NCBI GenBank assembly: GCA_965224465.1
Contig: OZ245049.1
Coordinates: 1,770,001-1,802,000, forward strand
DNA: 32,000 nucleotides
From: Flavobacteriaceae bacterium
GTDB taxonomy: Bacteria; Bacteroidota; Bacteroidia; Flavobacteriales; Flavobacteriaceae
Direction: 5' to 3'
A model generated the notes under the pieces. The model saw nothing but the letters and a program-made list of their open reading frames with translations, was not told the origin of the DNA and made no database searches. Both the position numbers and the translations under genes were made by a program. Shown here in pieces: positions 1 to 10,304 of this stretch. The stretch's first letter is position 1; every line of letters begins with the position of its first letter.

Positions 1-310
1 CAAATACAGGCCCCAGAGACGGCTCTCTTAAAACCACCATAGCTTGCTCACCTATTTGATTTAATCCTTCCGTTAAACCGATAGAAACCGTAGTTTTTCC
101 TTCCCCTGCAGGTGTAGGTGTCAAAGCAGTTACTAATACAAGGTTGTTATTTTTAATCTTTTCTTCGTCAATTAAATGCAATGGCAATTTGGCTTTGTAC
201 TTTCCATACATTTCCAAATCATCTTCATCAATATTTAATTTTTCAGCAATATATTTAATGTGTATCAGCTTTTTATTTTGCGCTATTTCAATATCACTCA
301 GGTGCTTCAT
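1..310 (-). CDS. fhs: Formate--tetrahydrofolate ligase, N-terminal part (continues beyond window start)
   Basis: Not in the ORF track because it is truncated. Reverse translation from the ATG at 310-308 gives [15 protein letters not shown]...YGKYKAKL...[23 protein letters not shown]...[10 protein letters not shown]. This has the characteristic Fhs N-terminus and the [10 protein letters not shown] nucleotide-binding motif. Confidence 0.9.
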   Translation of the reverse strand, partial: MKHLSDIEIAQNKKLIHIKYIAEKLNIDEDDLEMYGKYKAKLPLHLIDEEKIKNNNLVLVTALTPTPAGEGKTTVSIGLTEGLNQIGEQAMVVLREPSLGPVF

Positions 311-511
311 AAATAAGTCGTTTTAATATATTTTTATAAAAATGAATGACTTTAATTTGACTCCCGATAAGCACACAATAAAACATGCGAAAATTTCTAA
401 AAATTAAAAATTGGGATCCTAAAATCATGACAACAAATATAGTAAAAACAGCCCTTTGAAACGACATAAAAATTTACATAAGAAAATAAGCTGATAAAAA
501 CACTAAAACTA

Positions 512-542
512 TTGGCTTTTGCAGTCTGAAATCATATATTTG
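512..542 (+). promoter_or_regulatory. Candidate Bacteroidetes-type promoter for secDF (-33 TTG at 512-514, -7 TATATTTG at 535-542)
   Basis: Matches TTG-N20-TAnnTTTG and lies 43 nt upstream of the secDF ATG. Confidence 0.35.
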
Positions 543-584
543 CACGTTTCTTACAAATTTTAAGATTTAATAAATAAGATTATA

Positions 585-3500
585 ATGCAGAACAAAGGAC
601 TTATCAAGTTATTCGCTATTCTATTTGGAATAGTAAGTTTATATCAATTATCGTTTACTTATTTTACAAATGGTGTTGAGAATAAAGCAAAGGTTTACGC
701 CACAACTCGAACAGAGGATGGGAAAAAACTAGCAGACCTAGAAAGAAAATATTTGGACTCCGTTTCAAATTTAACTATCATTAATTTAGGCTTCTCTCAA
801 TTTAGCTATAACGAAATTAAAGATAAGTCGATCAACTTAGGGTTGGATTTAAAAGGAGGAATCAATGCTATATTACAAGTATCCGTAAAAGATATTTTAA
901 TTGGTTTATCTAACGAATCTAAAAACGCAACTTTTAACGAAGCATTAGCAAAAGCTACGGAGCTTCAAAAAAGAAGCAACGAAACATTTTTAGACTTGTT
1001 CTTCCAAGAATTTAAAACCTTAAGTGCAGGTAAAGTCAAATTAAGTGACCCAAGCATCTTCGGAAATAAATCTTTGCGTGAGAAAATAAACTTTAAGATG
1101 TCTAACGCAGAAGTACAACCTATCATTGAGTTAGAAGTTACAGGATCTGTAAACACTGCTTTTGAGGTATTGCGTAGTCGTATTGATAAATTTGGAGTTA
1201 CACAGCCAAACATTCAACGTATTGGACAATCTGGTCGTATCTTAATTGAATTACCTGGTGCAAAAGACATAGAGCGTGTACAACGTTTATTGCAAAGCAC
1301 TGCGGAATTACAATTCTGGGAAGTATACACCAATCAAGAAATTCAAAACTTTCTATTCCAAGCAAACACTGTAATTGAAGCATCTTTAGTTCAAGAAGAA
1401 GAAGAAGAAGACACTACAAGTCCAGAAAAATCGAAAGAAGATGAACTGGAAAATTTATTAGGAGCTGATACTGATTCAACCACCGTTAAAAAAGCAAACA
1501 ACTTATTTTCTATATTCTCTCCGAACATCGCACAAAGTGCTGCTCAATTGAGTTCTGTTATAGGAAACGCCGCTGTTTCTGACACTGCTAAGGTAAACAA
1601 GTACCTTGCAATGAAAGACGTTAGAACATTATTACCTAACGAATTAAAATACGTAAAGTTTTTATGGGATGCCAAGCCATTCACAGGAACGCTAACTACA
1701 GGTGAAAAGAAAGAAATGATCAACCTTTACGCGATCAAATCTAACAGAGAAGATATAGCTCCAATAGAAGGAGATGTAATTGATGACGCTTCTCAAACTT
1801 ATGACCAATACGGTTCTAGTCCAGAAGTAAGTATGACTATGAACTCTTTAGGGACTAAGTTATGGGCTAAAATGACAACAGAAAATGCAGGTAAATTTGT
1901 AGCAGTAGTTTTAGATAACTACGTATACACTGCACCACATGTAAACGACCCTATTACCACTGGACGCACTTCTATCTCTGGAGGAAGCATGACTGTCACA
2001 GAAGCACAAGATATTGCAAACGTATTAAAAGCGGGTAAATTACCTGCTGCTGCACATATTATACAATCAGAAGTTGTTGGACCATCATTGGGACAAGAAG
2101 CCATTGATAGTTCTTTATTATCATTTGGTTTGGCACTTATATTAGTATTGCTTTGGATGGTATTCTACTACGGTAAAGCAGGAATGATGGCAAACATAGC
2201 ACTCGCAGTGAACCTGCTGTTTATCTTTGGAATCTTAACCTCATTTGGGGCGGTATTAACATTGCCTGGTATTGCAGGGATTATCTTAACCATAGGGATG
2301 TCTGTAGATGCAAACGTAATTATATTTGAACGTATTAAAGAGGAATTAGACAAGGGACGTGGATTGCTAGAATCTATTTCACATGGATTTAGTGTGAAAG
2401 GAGCTTTATCTGCCATTATTGATGCCAATATAACAACCTTATTAACTGGGGTTATCTTATACATGTTCGGAACAGGACCTGTAAAAGGATTTGCGTATAC
2501 TTTAATTGTAGGTATTATCACTTCATTATTTACAGCTATTTTTATCACTCGTTTATTAGTTGACTGGTATGCTGCAAAAGGAAAGAAATTCACCTTCACT
2601 ACAAACATAACCAAAACATGGTTTAGAAATGTACATGTAGATTTCTTAAAGAAAAGAAAAATAGCCTATATCGCTTCTGGATTATTCATCATGGCTGGTT
2701 TGGTATCATTATATACCAATAGCTTAAACTATGGTGTTGATTTTGTAGGAGGACGTTCTTATGTAATTAAGTTTGACAAAGCTGTGAAACCAACAGACGT
2801 ATCTAACGTATTAAAAGATGCTTTTGGAAGTTCTCCTGAAGTAAAAACATACGGTGATATTAGCCAGTTAAAAATTACTACTAAGTATAAAATTGACGAG
2901 GAAGGAAATAAAATTGACGAAGAGGTAATGAATATCTTATTCACCAATTTAAAACAATTTATGCCAGAAGGAACCGACTTAAAAACCTTTACAGGAGGAT
3001 TTGACGGACAAAAAATTGGTATAATGAGTCGTATTAAAGTAGAACCAACCATTGCTGATGATATTAAAACATCTGCAAAATGGGCTGTCTTTGGATCTTT
3101 ATTCTTTGTATTCTTATATATCTTATTCCGTTTCCGTAAATGGCAATTTAGTTTAGGTGCAGTTGTCGCCGTATTCCACGATGTATTAGTGGTAATGGGA
3201 GTATTCAGTATCTTTTACAAAATCTTACCATTTGACATGGAAATTGGACAATCGTTTATTGCGGCAATCTTAACTGTAGTAGGATATTCTCTGAATGATA
3301 CTGTGGTAATTTTTGATAGAATTCGTGAGTTTAGCGGATTGGAAAAAACAGGGAATTTTGGAGAGATTGTAAACAAAGCATTGAGCAGTACATTAGGACG
3401 TACTATAAACACATCTTTAACTACCTTAGTTGTACTTTCTGCAATCTTCTTCTTTGGAGGAGACTCTATCAAAGGATTTATGTTTGCATTGATTGTAGGG

Positions 3501-3590
3501 GTTGTTGTAGGTACCTACTCCTCTTTATTTATTGCGTCACCAATTATGTATGATACGATAAACAAAATAAACAAGGACAAAAACAAATAA
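585..3590 (+). CDS. secDF: Protein translocase subunit SecDF (fused SecD and SecF)
   Basis: 1001-aa ORF. It has an N-terminal TM helix, a large periplasmic domain and two 6-TM blocks. SecD/SecF motifs include LGLDLKGG, VGPSLG, SVDANVIIFERIKEE and GYSLNDTVVIFDRIRE. Confidence 0.95.
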   Translation: MQNKGLIKLFAILFGIVSLYQLSFTYFTNGVENKAKVYATTRTEDGKKLADLERKYLDSVSNLTIINLGFSQFSYNEIKDKSINLGLDLKGGINAILQVSVKDILIGLSNESKNATFNEALAKATELQKRSNETFLDLFFQEFKTLSAGKVKLSDPSIFGNKSLREKINFKMSNAEVQPIIELEVTGSVNTAFEVLRSRIDKFGVTQPNIQRIGQSGRILIELPGAKDIERVQRLLQSTAELQFWEVYTNQEIQNFLFQANTVIEASLVQEEEEEDTTSPEKSKEDELENLLGADTDSTTVKKANNLFSIFSPNIAQSAAQLSSVIGNAAVSDTAKVNKYLAMKDVRTLLPNELKYVKFLWDAKPFTGTLTTGEKKEMINLYAIKSNREDIAPIEGDVIDDASQTYDQYGSSPEVSMTMNSLGTKLWAKMTTENAGKFVAVVLDNYVYTAPHVNDPITTGRTSISGGSMTVTEAQDIANVLKAGKLPAAAHIIQSEVVGPSLGQEAIDSSLLSFGLALILVLLWMVFYYGKAGMMANIALAVNLLFIFGILTSFGAVLTLPGIAGIILTIGMSVDANVIIFERIKEELDKGRGLLESISHGFSVKGALSAIIDANITTLLTGVILYMFGTGPVKGFAYTLIVGIITSLFTAIFITRLLVDWYAAKGKKFTFTTNITKTWFRNVHVDFLKKRKIAYIASGLFIMAGLVSLYTNSLNYGVDFVGGRSYVIKFDKAVKPTDVSNVLKDAFGSSPEVKTYGDISQLKITTKYKIDEEGNKIDEEVMNILFTNLKQFMPEGTDLKTFTGGFDGQKIGIMSRIKVEPTIADDIKTSAKWAVFGSLFFVFLYILFRFRKWQFSLGAVVAVFHDVLVVMGVFSIFYKILPFDMEIGQSFIAAILTVVGYSLNDTVVIFDRIREFSGLEKTGNFGEIVNKALSSTLGRTINTSLTTLVVLSAIFFFGGDSIKGFMFALIVGVVVGTYSSLFIASPIMYDTINKINKDKNK

Positions 3591-3614
3591 CACACATACA
3601 CTTTATAATACAAT

Positions 3615-3644
3615 AACCGTTTTGATACATCAAGACGGTTTTTG
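3615..3644 (+). terminator. Intrinsic terminator after secDF
   Basis: AACCGT-N14-ACGGTT hairpin followed by TTTTGTATTT. Confidence 0.6.
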
Positions 3645-3699
3645 TATTTCAAATTAGCAAGTATAGATGGAAATCATTTTCATCTTAACAATTGATTAT

Positions 3700-3707
3700 T
3701 AACTTTG
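3700..3707 (+). promoter_or_regulatory. -7 box TAACTTTG upstream of hpt-adk
   Basis: Matches TAnnTTTG 16 nt before the ATG. No clear -33 TTG. Confidence 0.3.
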
Positions 3708-3722
3708 TAGCAAAGTAACAGA

Positions 3723-4838
3723 ATGAGTATAATAAAACTTCACGATAAATATTTCAAACAATACATCCCTGCAGAAAAACTGCAAACTGTCATCAAAAAA
3801 ATGGCACATGATATAGGGAGAGAATACCAGAACGAAACCCCCATTTTCATAGGAATCTTAAATGGTTCTTTTATGTTTGTGGCGGATTTTATTCGAGAAT
3901 ACCCAGGGAATTGTGAAGTTTCATTTGTAAAATTAGCCTCTTATACAGGTACATCATCTACTGGAGCAGTGAAGCAGCTAGTAGGTGTAAACCAAGATTT
4001 AGAAGGACGCATCGTCGTAATTCTAGAAGATATCATAGATACGGGGAACACCCTAGAGGAAATCTATAAAATATTTAGTGACAAAAAAGTAAAACAATTA
4101 AAAATTGCTACACTTTTCTTTAAACCAGATGTATTTAGAAAGGAATTGCCAATAGACCATATTGGTCTCTCAATTCCTGATAAATTTATTGTAGGTTATG
4201 GATTGGACTACGACAATCTCGGAAGAAATTTTGGCGCAATTTACCAACTAACAACAAAGCCTAAAATGAAAAACATTGTATTATTTGGACCTCCTGGAGT
4301 TGGAAAAGGAACTCAGGCAGCCATACTAAAAGAAAAATACAATCTAGTCCACATATCGACTGGAGATATTTTTCGAGACCACATTAAAAGACAAACCGAA
4401 CTTGGTAAACTAGCACAATCTTTCATGGATTATGGAAACTTTGTCCCTGACAATGTAACCATAGATATGTTAGAAACCGAAATTGAAAAAAATCCAGATG
4501 CACATGGATTTATTTTTGATGGATTCCCTAGAACTCCTACCCAAGCAATCGCCTTGGACAAATACCTTACAGAAAAAGGGGAGCTTTTATGTGGAATGGT
4601 AGCTCTTGAAGTTCCCGAAGATCTATTAGTAGAGCGTATCTTAGAGCGCGGAAAAACAAGTGGAAGACCAGATGATCAAGACGAAGCTAAAATTAGACAT
4701 CGTTTTCATGAATACCACACAAAAACAGAGGTCTTAAAAGATTTCTATTCCGAACAACATAAATACTTTGGAATTGACGGAGTAGGAGAAGTAAACGAAG
4801 TTACCGCAAGATTAAGCAAGGTAATCGACAATATATAA
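3723..4838 (+). CDS. Bifunctional hypoxanthine phosphoribosyltransferase / adenylate kinase (in-frame fusion)
   Basis: Residues 1-176 have the HPRT fold with PRPP loop VVILEDIIDTGNT and GYGLDYD. A 5-aa linker TTKPK follows. From M182 (ATG 4266) there is a full short-type adenylate kinase with P-loop GPPGVGKGTQ and FDGFPRT. No stop codon separates the two halves. Confidence 0.9.
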   Translation: MSIIKLHDKYFKQYIPAEKLQTVIKKMAHDIGREYQNETPIFIGILNGSFMFVADFIREYPGNCEVSFVKLASYTGTSSTGAVKQLVGVNQDLEGRIVVILEDIIDTGNTLEEIYKIFSDKKVKQLKIATLFFKPDVFRKELPIDHIGLSIPDKFIVGYGLDYDNLGRNFGAIYQLTTKPKMKNIVLFGPPGVGKGTQAAILKEKYNLVHISTGDIFRDHIKRQTELGKLAQSFMDYGNFVPDNVTIDMLETEIEKNPDAHGFIFDGFPRTPTQAIALDKYLTEKGELLCGMVALEVPEDLLVERILERGKTSGRPDDQDEAKIRHRFHEYHTKTEVLKDFYSEQHKYFGIDGVGEVNEVTARLSKVIDNI

Positions 4839-4856
4839 TCCAAAATCACACAACAT

Positions 4857-4899
4857 AAACTGTTTAATTGTACCTTTGTGCCATTAAACAGTTTTTTTT
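4857..4899 (+). terminator. Intrinsic terminator after hpt-adk; its loop carries the obg -7 box
   Basis: AAACTGTTTAAT ... ATTAAACAGTTT stem followed by a T-run. TACCTTTG (4871-4878) lies in the loop. Confidence 0.7.
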
Positions 4900-4911
4900 A
4901 ATTTTACGACA

Positions 4912-5904
4912 ATGACAGAAGGGAATTTTGTAGACTATATAAAAATACATGCATCTTCAGGGAATGGAGGTCAAGGATCCATGCACTTGCATCGGGAAAA
5001 ATACATAGATAAAGGAGGTCCCGATGGCGGAGACGGAGGACGTGGTGGACATATTATTGTTCGTGCCGAACCTAATTCTTGGACCTTATTTAACTTGAAA
5101 TTTAGACAGCACTTTAGAGCTGAACATGGTGGTTCTGGCGGAAAATCTGAAAGCACAGGAAAACAAGGAAAAGATATTTATATCGATGTTCCATTAGGAA
5201 CTATTATAAGAGATGGTGATACTCAAGAAATAATTTTTGAAATCACTAAAGAAAACACAGAACAAATATTACTCCCAGGAGGAAAAGGAGGAAGAGGAAA
5301 CGCCCACTTTAAATCACCTACAAATCAGACCCCTAGATATTCTCAACCAGGAATAGATGGACAGGAAGGTTGGTATCAACTAGAATTAAAAGTATTGGCT
5401 GATGTTGGTTTGGTTGGATTTCCTAATGCAGGAAAATCAACACTATTATCTGTGTTAACTTCTGCAAAACCAAAAATTGGAGATTATCCATTTACCACAT
5501 TAAAACCTAATTTAGGGATTGTAGAATACAGAGGCTACAAGTCGTTTATAATGGCAGACATCCCAGGTATTATAGAAGGTGCAGCAGAAGGAAAAGGATT
5601 AGGACATTACTTTTTAAGACATATAGAACGGAACTCTACCCTACTCTTTTTAATTCCTGCAGATAGTATGGACATCATAAAAGAATACGAAATACTTCTA
5701 AATGAATTGCGTCAACACAATCCAGAATTAATGGACAAGCAGCGTTTATTAGCCATTTCTAAATGTGATTTGTTAGATGATGAGTTACAAGAAGAAATTG
5801 CCAAAGAATTACCAGAAGGTATTGAAACTATTTTCATATCCTCGGCAATCAACAAAGGAATGGTAGAATTAAAAGATAAACTATGGGCAACCTTGAATGA
5901 TTAA
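4912..5904 (+). CDS. obg: GTPase Obg/CgtA
   Basis: Glycine-rich Obg fold ([16 protein letters not shown]). G1 [10 protein letters not shown]3 [10 protein letters not shown]4 SKCD. Confidence 0.95.
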   Translation: MTEGNFVDYIKIHASSGNGGQGSMHLHREKYIDKGGPDGGDGGRGGHIIVRAEPNSWTLFNLKFRQHFRAEHGGSGGKSESTGKQGKDIYIDVPLGTIIRDGDTQEIIFEITKENTEQILLPGGKGGRGNAHFKSPTNQTPRYSQPGIDGQEGWYQLELKVLADVGLVGFPNAGKSTLLSVLTSAKPKIGDYPFTTLKPNLGIVEYRGYKSFIMADIPGIIEGAAEGKGLGHYFLRHIERNSTLLFLIPADSMDIIKEYEILLNELRQHNPELMDKQRLLAISKCDLLDDELQEEIAKELPEGIETIFISSAINKGMVELKDKLWATLND

Positions 5905-6383
5905 TTTTTAATTATTATAGGAAGTGTAAACGTACTGGAAACAGGAATTGCACGCTTAATAGCAGGTTGAATTAAAGGTATACTATCCGCACATTGGATG
6001 AACATGGCTTTAATTTGACCTAATTTTTTGGAGTTCCCTGTAGATAAAGGCAACATACTTATAACACCTTTATTCGATATATGCAATTGTATGATTAAAG
6101 TATCATTTATAGTTTCCGCAGACGAATAATGAAACCCATCTACACACTCCCTGATATAATTCATCAATATTTCCTGAGAACATTTCCACTGAGCATCTTT
6201 TGATGCCAATTCAGAACACGCTGGATACATCGGATACACATCCACTTTTTTTAGATCAACAATCGTATCCATAACAACAGCCGTCTCAACAGACCTAAGT
6301 CCAGTACTTTCAAAATAAGTACAACTAGACAAACAGGGTAAAAACAATATAAATCCGAGTATTCGATTCAGCATGAGTATCAA
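5901..6383 (-). CDS. Lipoprotein with TonB C-terminal-like domain
   Basis: Signal peptide with lipobox LSSC. It shows a [10 protein letters not shown]...KC...[13 protein letters not shown] pattern like the TonB_C module at the end of the 8180-9706 protein. Its stop overlaps the obg stop by 4 nt (convergent). Confidence 0.6.
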   Translation of the reverse strand: MILMLNRILGFILFLPCLSSCTYFESTGLRSVETAVVMDTIVDLKKVDVYPMYPACSELASKDAQWKCSQEILMNYIRECVDGFHYSSAETINDTLIIQLHISNKGVISMLPLSTGNSKKLGQIKAMFIQCADSIPLIQPAIKRAIPVSSTFTLPIIIKN

Positions 6384-6680
6384 TTTCTATGTGAAATTAC
6401 AACAAATTGTGTAAACAATCAACAAAACAAAATCTCACTCCTCTAAAGCATTCTGTCACAATACTTTCAATATTCAAAAGGCATGCCTTTTGAATACACC
6501 TTAATTTACGGACGAGCACTTTTTTTAAAAAACGAATCCCTCAATTACAAGCAAACTCTTTAAGTAATAATGTAGATTTTAAAATAACGATCATAAAAAA
6601 CTTTCTTAAATTACTATTTAGAAATCAGGCTGTTTTATGTATTCTATTGATGGGGAATAAATGGACAACCAACATTTATT

Positions 6681-6837
6681 ATACCAAATACATTTCCACG
6701 TGACAGTTTAGAAATGGAATTATTTTTTATTTTAGCTAGGCGATAAATGGGTAAATAGCCTTAACTATCGTTCTATTTTCAACAACGATAGAACGTCAAA
6801 TGAACTATTTATATCGGTTATTTTACATTGTAATTGG
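6681..6837 (+). mobile_element. MITE copy A (about 157 bp, full length, GG subfamily)
   Basis: ATACCAAATACATTTCC...TTTTACATTGTAATTGG. It has imperfect terminal inverted repeats of about 28 nt and an internal hairpin CGTTCTAT/ATAGAACG. It aligns with 8 other copies in the window. Confidence 0.8.
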
Positions 6838-6886
6838 CATTACCCTCTCATTTAGAATTATATTTGGTAGAAAACGAGCTGCTAAA

Positions 6887-8134
6887 TTAGTTTTTCTTCA
6901 AAGTGCCCTTTAAGAATAAACCCTTCGTAATATCCTTTATTTGTTGTTTTGCATAACGTGTCATCTCTACATCATTTGACGCAAAACGATCGATATATTT
7001 TTTATATAAATCCAATGCAACATTCTTATCTTTATAATATGCCTCTGCTGTCACAGCCCATTGGAACAAGCCTTTATAAAACCTCCGACCACTATGATAA
7101 GATTTCTTATAATAGCGAATTGCCTCTTTAAAGTTCTTTTCTTCTTGAAAAATAGTTGCATATAAAAACTGAGGAGCACTAAAATCCGGATCAGCACCAA
7201 GCAAAGACATCATCAACAATATCTTAGCAGACTTTAGCTCCTTTTTCTTATAGTATACATTTGCCAATTTATAAGCATATTCCATACTACTCCTATCCAT
7301 TTTAACCGCTTTAGCATAATATACTTGAGCACTATCCAATTGTTCCATTTTCTCAAAACAAGCCCCTTTCAAACTATTAATAGCAGCATTTGAGAACCCA
7401 AGACTGTCCATTTTCTGAATCAAAACCAGACTTTGCTTATAATTTTTATACTTATACAAAAACAAAGCCTTTAGTTGCAGGAAATTCAAATGCTCCCCGT
7501 CCAACAACAGCCCTTTGTTAATAAATAATTGAGTGGAATCCTTAAAGCGTAGCGACTTGTAAAACTTAGCCAACTCAAAAATACTAGACAAGTGTGCTGT
7601 GTCTTTTTTATAAGCATCTAAAAACAACTCTCCTGACTCAAAAAAACGACCTTTCTTTTTTAATATTTTCCCCAATTGATAGCAATAAAACGGATTTGTA
7701 CTATCTTTTTGGATCAAAAACGCATACATTTTCACCGCTTCCTTTGTTTTACGCGTGCTTTTATACAGGCGCGCTAATTGACTTGCAACTACTAAATTTG
7801 AAGAATCTTGTACAAAAATTTTTTCGTACAAGTGAATGGCTTTTTTTGCCAGTCCTGCTGCATGGTAACTTCTCGCTAACTTTAAACTTAAGACGTCTGA
7901 CGGAGTCAATTCAAACGCCTTTTTATAATTATAAATTGCTTTATTATAATGCCCAATTTGATGATAAATAACGCCCATTTCTGTAAAATCACTGACTGTT
8001 AAGACCTTCTTTACATCCAACTCCTTCAAGCGTAATTGGTAATCTCCTTGTACAAAATATTCTTGTTGTATTGCCCCCTGTGATAGCATACTTGTAACAT
8101 ACAAAAACACAACAAACCGACTTATTATTTTCAT
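6887..8134 (-). CDS. Secreted TPR-repeat protein
   Basis: N-terminal signal peptide followed by repeated 34-aa A/Y/L-rich TPR-like units (AIxxYKKA, AxxLYEK and similar). Confidence 0.7.
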   Translation of the reverse strand: MKIISRFVVFLYVTSMLSQGAIQQEYFVQGDYQLRLKELDVKKVLTVSDFTEMGVIYHQIGHYNKAIYNYKKAFELTPSDVLSLKLARSYHAAGLAKKAIHLYEKIFVQDSSNLVVASQLARLYKSTRKTKEAVKMYAFLIQKDSTNPFYCYQLGKILKKKGRFFESGELFLDAYKKDTAHLSSIFELAKFYKSLRFKDSTQLFINKGLLLDGEHLNFLQLKALFLYKYKNYKQSLVLIQKMDSLGFSNAAINSLKGACFEKMEQLDSAQVYYAKAVKMDRSSMEYAYKLANVYYKKKELKSAKILLMMSLLGADPDFSAPQFLYATIFQEEKNFKEAIRYYKKSYHSGRRFYKGLFQWAVTAEAYYKDKNVALDLYKKYIDRFASNDVEMTRYAKQQIKDITKGLFLKGTLKKN

Positions 8135-8179
8135 ACTATTATTTTATTATTGAACCTTCTAACAAATCAACTACACCTT

Positions 8180-9706
8180 TTAAACCACCTTAAACACAAT
8201 AGGAAGAGAATATTTCACCCCTACAGGTTTCCCCTGTTGTAATCCAGGAATCATTTTTGGAAGTAAATTTATAACTCTTATTGCTTCTTCTTCAAGTAGC
8301 TTATGTGGTCCTCTTGACCTCACCGTATCCACATTCCCCTCTTTATCAATAGAAAACATGACGAAAATCTTTTTAATACCAGGTTGCAATGCTAATTCTT
8401 TACTTAAACTTACATTAAAGAATTCTTTTACATGTGCATCTATTTTTTGTGACAAACAACGTTTCTGATCTTCGACATCTTCACATCCAGGAAACACTGG
8501 CACTTGTTCTATCACAGAAAACGCCAAATAATCTTCTGTTTGATTGGCTATTTTATCTCTTTCATTTTTTCTACTATCATCCGCAGCACTTCGATTGTTT
8601 GTCATATACTGCTTATCAACATAAAAATGCCACACACGTTTTCCTTCAGGGCTCATTTTTAATACTACTTCACTTCCATTTGTCATAGAACCCTCCCCTT
8701 TCCATTTTTTTATAAACTTAATTTCCGAAGCAGACATGTCTTCTGCACGTATAAGCGCTCCTTTAAAATCAGCTCCAATAAAAATATGGAAATCACCACT
8801 GGAAATTAGTTTCCCTTGATTTTCTTTGGCTTGATTTACTATATTTTGAACAGCTACTTCTTTATCACAAGAAACATAGAGCAACATGCTAAACATAACA
8901 GGAATCAGTATTAAGTATTTTAATTGTTTCATCTTTCTAGATTTGATTTTTGTAATCATTATAATGCGTTTTTTTAATAATGAATGTTTGCAAAACGAAC
9001 TTACAAACGAACTATTTTCTACGTTAAATGTATGGGCTAATAAATTGTTAAAATAATGTTGCTTGTTTGTGTGTTTTAATACTTCTGCATCTGATAAGTA
9101 CTCATGCACTTCGGTAATTCTATGTTGAAAAGCATAGGTTAATGGATTGAACCACATACAAATTTTCAAAAGCTCAAACACCAATAAATCCAACGTATGC
9201 AACTGTTTACTATGAACTAATTCGTGCTGAACAACTTGTAAATAATTATCATCAGCTAATTTTTGATGAATAAAAATATATCTAAAAAATGAAAAAGCAG
9301 TTTCATTTTCTAGCAACAATACAAGGCTATGGCTTTTCTTTTTAACAACCTTACTAGATTGTAACAAACTCAGGATATGATATAGTTTTATAGCAAATAT
9401 AAAACCGAACACCCCAACACCTATATAAAAAAAGTAGCCCAAATAATTTACAGATTGATATACCTCTAAGGTCTCTATCACCGCTTGTGGATTCAGAACT
9501 ACCTTCGGTAATTGATACACAACATCGTTGGGTACTATGTATTGTAAACTGGTGAATTGAACAAACGGAATCAAAAAAGAAACGATAGGAGTTCCTAACA
9601 GATACCATCGGTTGTATTTAAAAAAAGTTTCCTTTTGCAGAAATAAATCATAAATCCCCAAAAACAATGCTTGAATAAAAACGACTTGTACTATATAATT
9701 TATCAT
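8180..9706 (-). CDS. BlaR1-like M56 family membrane metallopeptidase with C-terminal TonB_C domain
   Basis: N-terminal TM helices, HExxH site (VQHELVHSKQLH), and a C-terminal VPVFPGC...KC...GKPVGVKYSLPIVFKV TonB_C-like domain. It lies downstream of a BlaI-type repressor gene. Confidence 0.8.
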   Translation of the reverse strand: MINYIVQVVFIQALFLGIYDLFLQKETFFKYNRWYLLGTPIVSFLIPFVQFTSLQYIVPNDVVYQLPKVVLNPQAVIETLEVYQSVNYLGYFFYIGVGVFGFIFAIKLYHILSLLQSSKVVKKKSHSLVLLLENETAFSFFRYIFIHQKLADDNYLQVVQHELVHSKQLHTLDLLVFELLKICMWFNPLTYAFQHRITEVHEYLSDAEVLKHTNKQHYFNNLLAHTFNVENSSFVSSFCKHSLLKKRIIMITKIKSRKMKQLKYLILIPVMFSMLLYVSCDKEVAVQNIVNQAKENQGKLISSGDFHIFIGADFKGALIRAEDMSASEIKFIKKWKGEGSMTNGSEVVLKMSPEGKRVWHFYVDKQYMTNNRSAADDSRKNERDKIANQTEDYLAFSVIEQVPVFPGCEDVEDQKRCLSQKIDAHVKEFFNVSLSKELALQPGIKKIFVMFSIDKEGNVDTVRSRGPHKLLEEEAIRVINLLPKMIPGLQQGKPVGVKYSLPIVFKVV

Positions 9707-9736
9707 ACCTTTTATTTTTTTAACAGGGAATCATTA

Positions 9737-9873
9737 ATACCAGTATATTTAATAGAATCATTTTGTATTAATTCTAGGTAAAAACCTAAGGATAGCCTTA
9801 CCTATCGTTCTATTTTTAGTAACTAAAGAATCAAAATGTCTAATTTACGGCGGTCATTTGGATACGTTTTTTG
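9737..9873 (+). mobile_element. MITE copy B (degenerate), between the blaI-like gene and the M56 sensor gene
   Basis: The central block GATAGCCTTACCTATCGTTCTATTTTT is nearly identical to copy A. The ends (ATACCAG... and ...TTTTTTGG) are eroded. Confidence 0.55.
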
Positions 9874-9906
9874 GAGAGTAAAACAAATGCGCCAACAAAA
9901 AGGCAT

Positions 9907-10284
9907 TTATTCTGAAGTCTTTTCGTCCCCAATCATTTTTAAAATAGCATCCAACTCAGACATGTCTACTTTATTTTTTTTAACAAAAAATGAAACCATA
10001 CTTTTAAAAGACCCCTCGAAATAGCCATCAACAAGCTTGTGTAAAGATTGATTGCTATAAACTTCTTTTTCTACTAAAGGATGATAAACATAGCCTCTCC
10101 CTTTGGCTGTATGTCCAACAAATTCTTTTGTTTCCAAAATTCTAATAATAGTAGATACGGTGTTGTACGCCGGCTTAGGATCTGGTAACTCAACAATTAT
10201 TTCTTTTACCGAAGCCGATTTCAACTCCCATAATACTTGCATAAATTGCTCTTCTGCCTTTGTTAATTGCTTGGTTTTTTCCAT
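9907..10284 (-). CDS. BlaI/MecI/CopY family transcriptional repressor
   Basis: 125 aa. Winged-helix N-terminus (LTKAEEQFMQVLW...SVKEI...YNTVSTIIRILETKEFV) typical of penicillinase repressors. It pairs with the M56 gene. Confidence 0.85.
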   Translation of the reverse strand: MEKTKQLTKAEEQFMQVLWELKSASVKEIIVELPDPKPAYNTVSTIIRILETKEFVGHTAKGRGYVYHPLVEKEVYSNQSLHKLVDGYFEGSFKSMVSFFVKKNKVDMSELDAILKMIGDEKTSE

Positions 10285-10304
10285 AAGTACCTGATTTTGT
10301 ATCG

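Noticed and set aside
144-326. 60-aa plus-strand ORF at the window start
   Set aside because: It lies antisense to a clearly recognisable fhs N-terminus on the minus strand and has low-complexity F/S/I-rich sequence. It is a shadow ORF.
965-3472. Six minus-strand ORFs (61-148 aa) inside secDF
   Set aside because: All are antisense to a strongly supported 1001-aa gene and none has recognisable motifs. These are typical AT-rich shadow frames.
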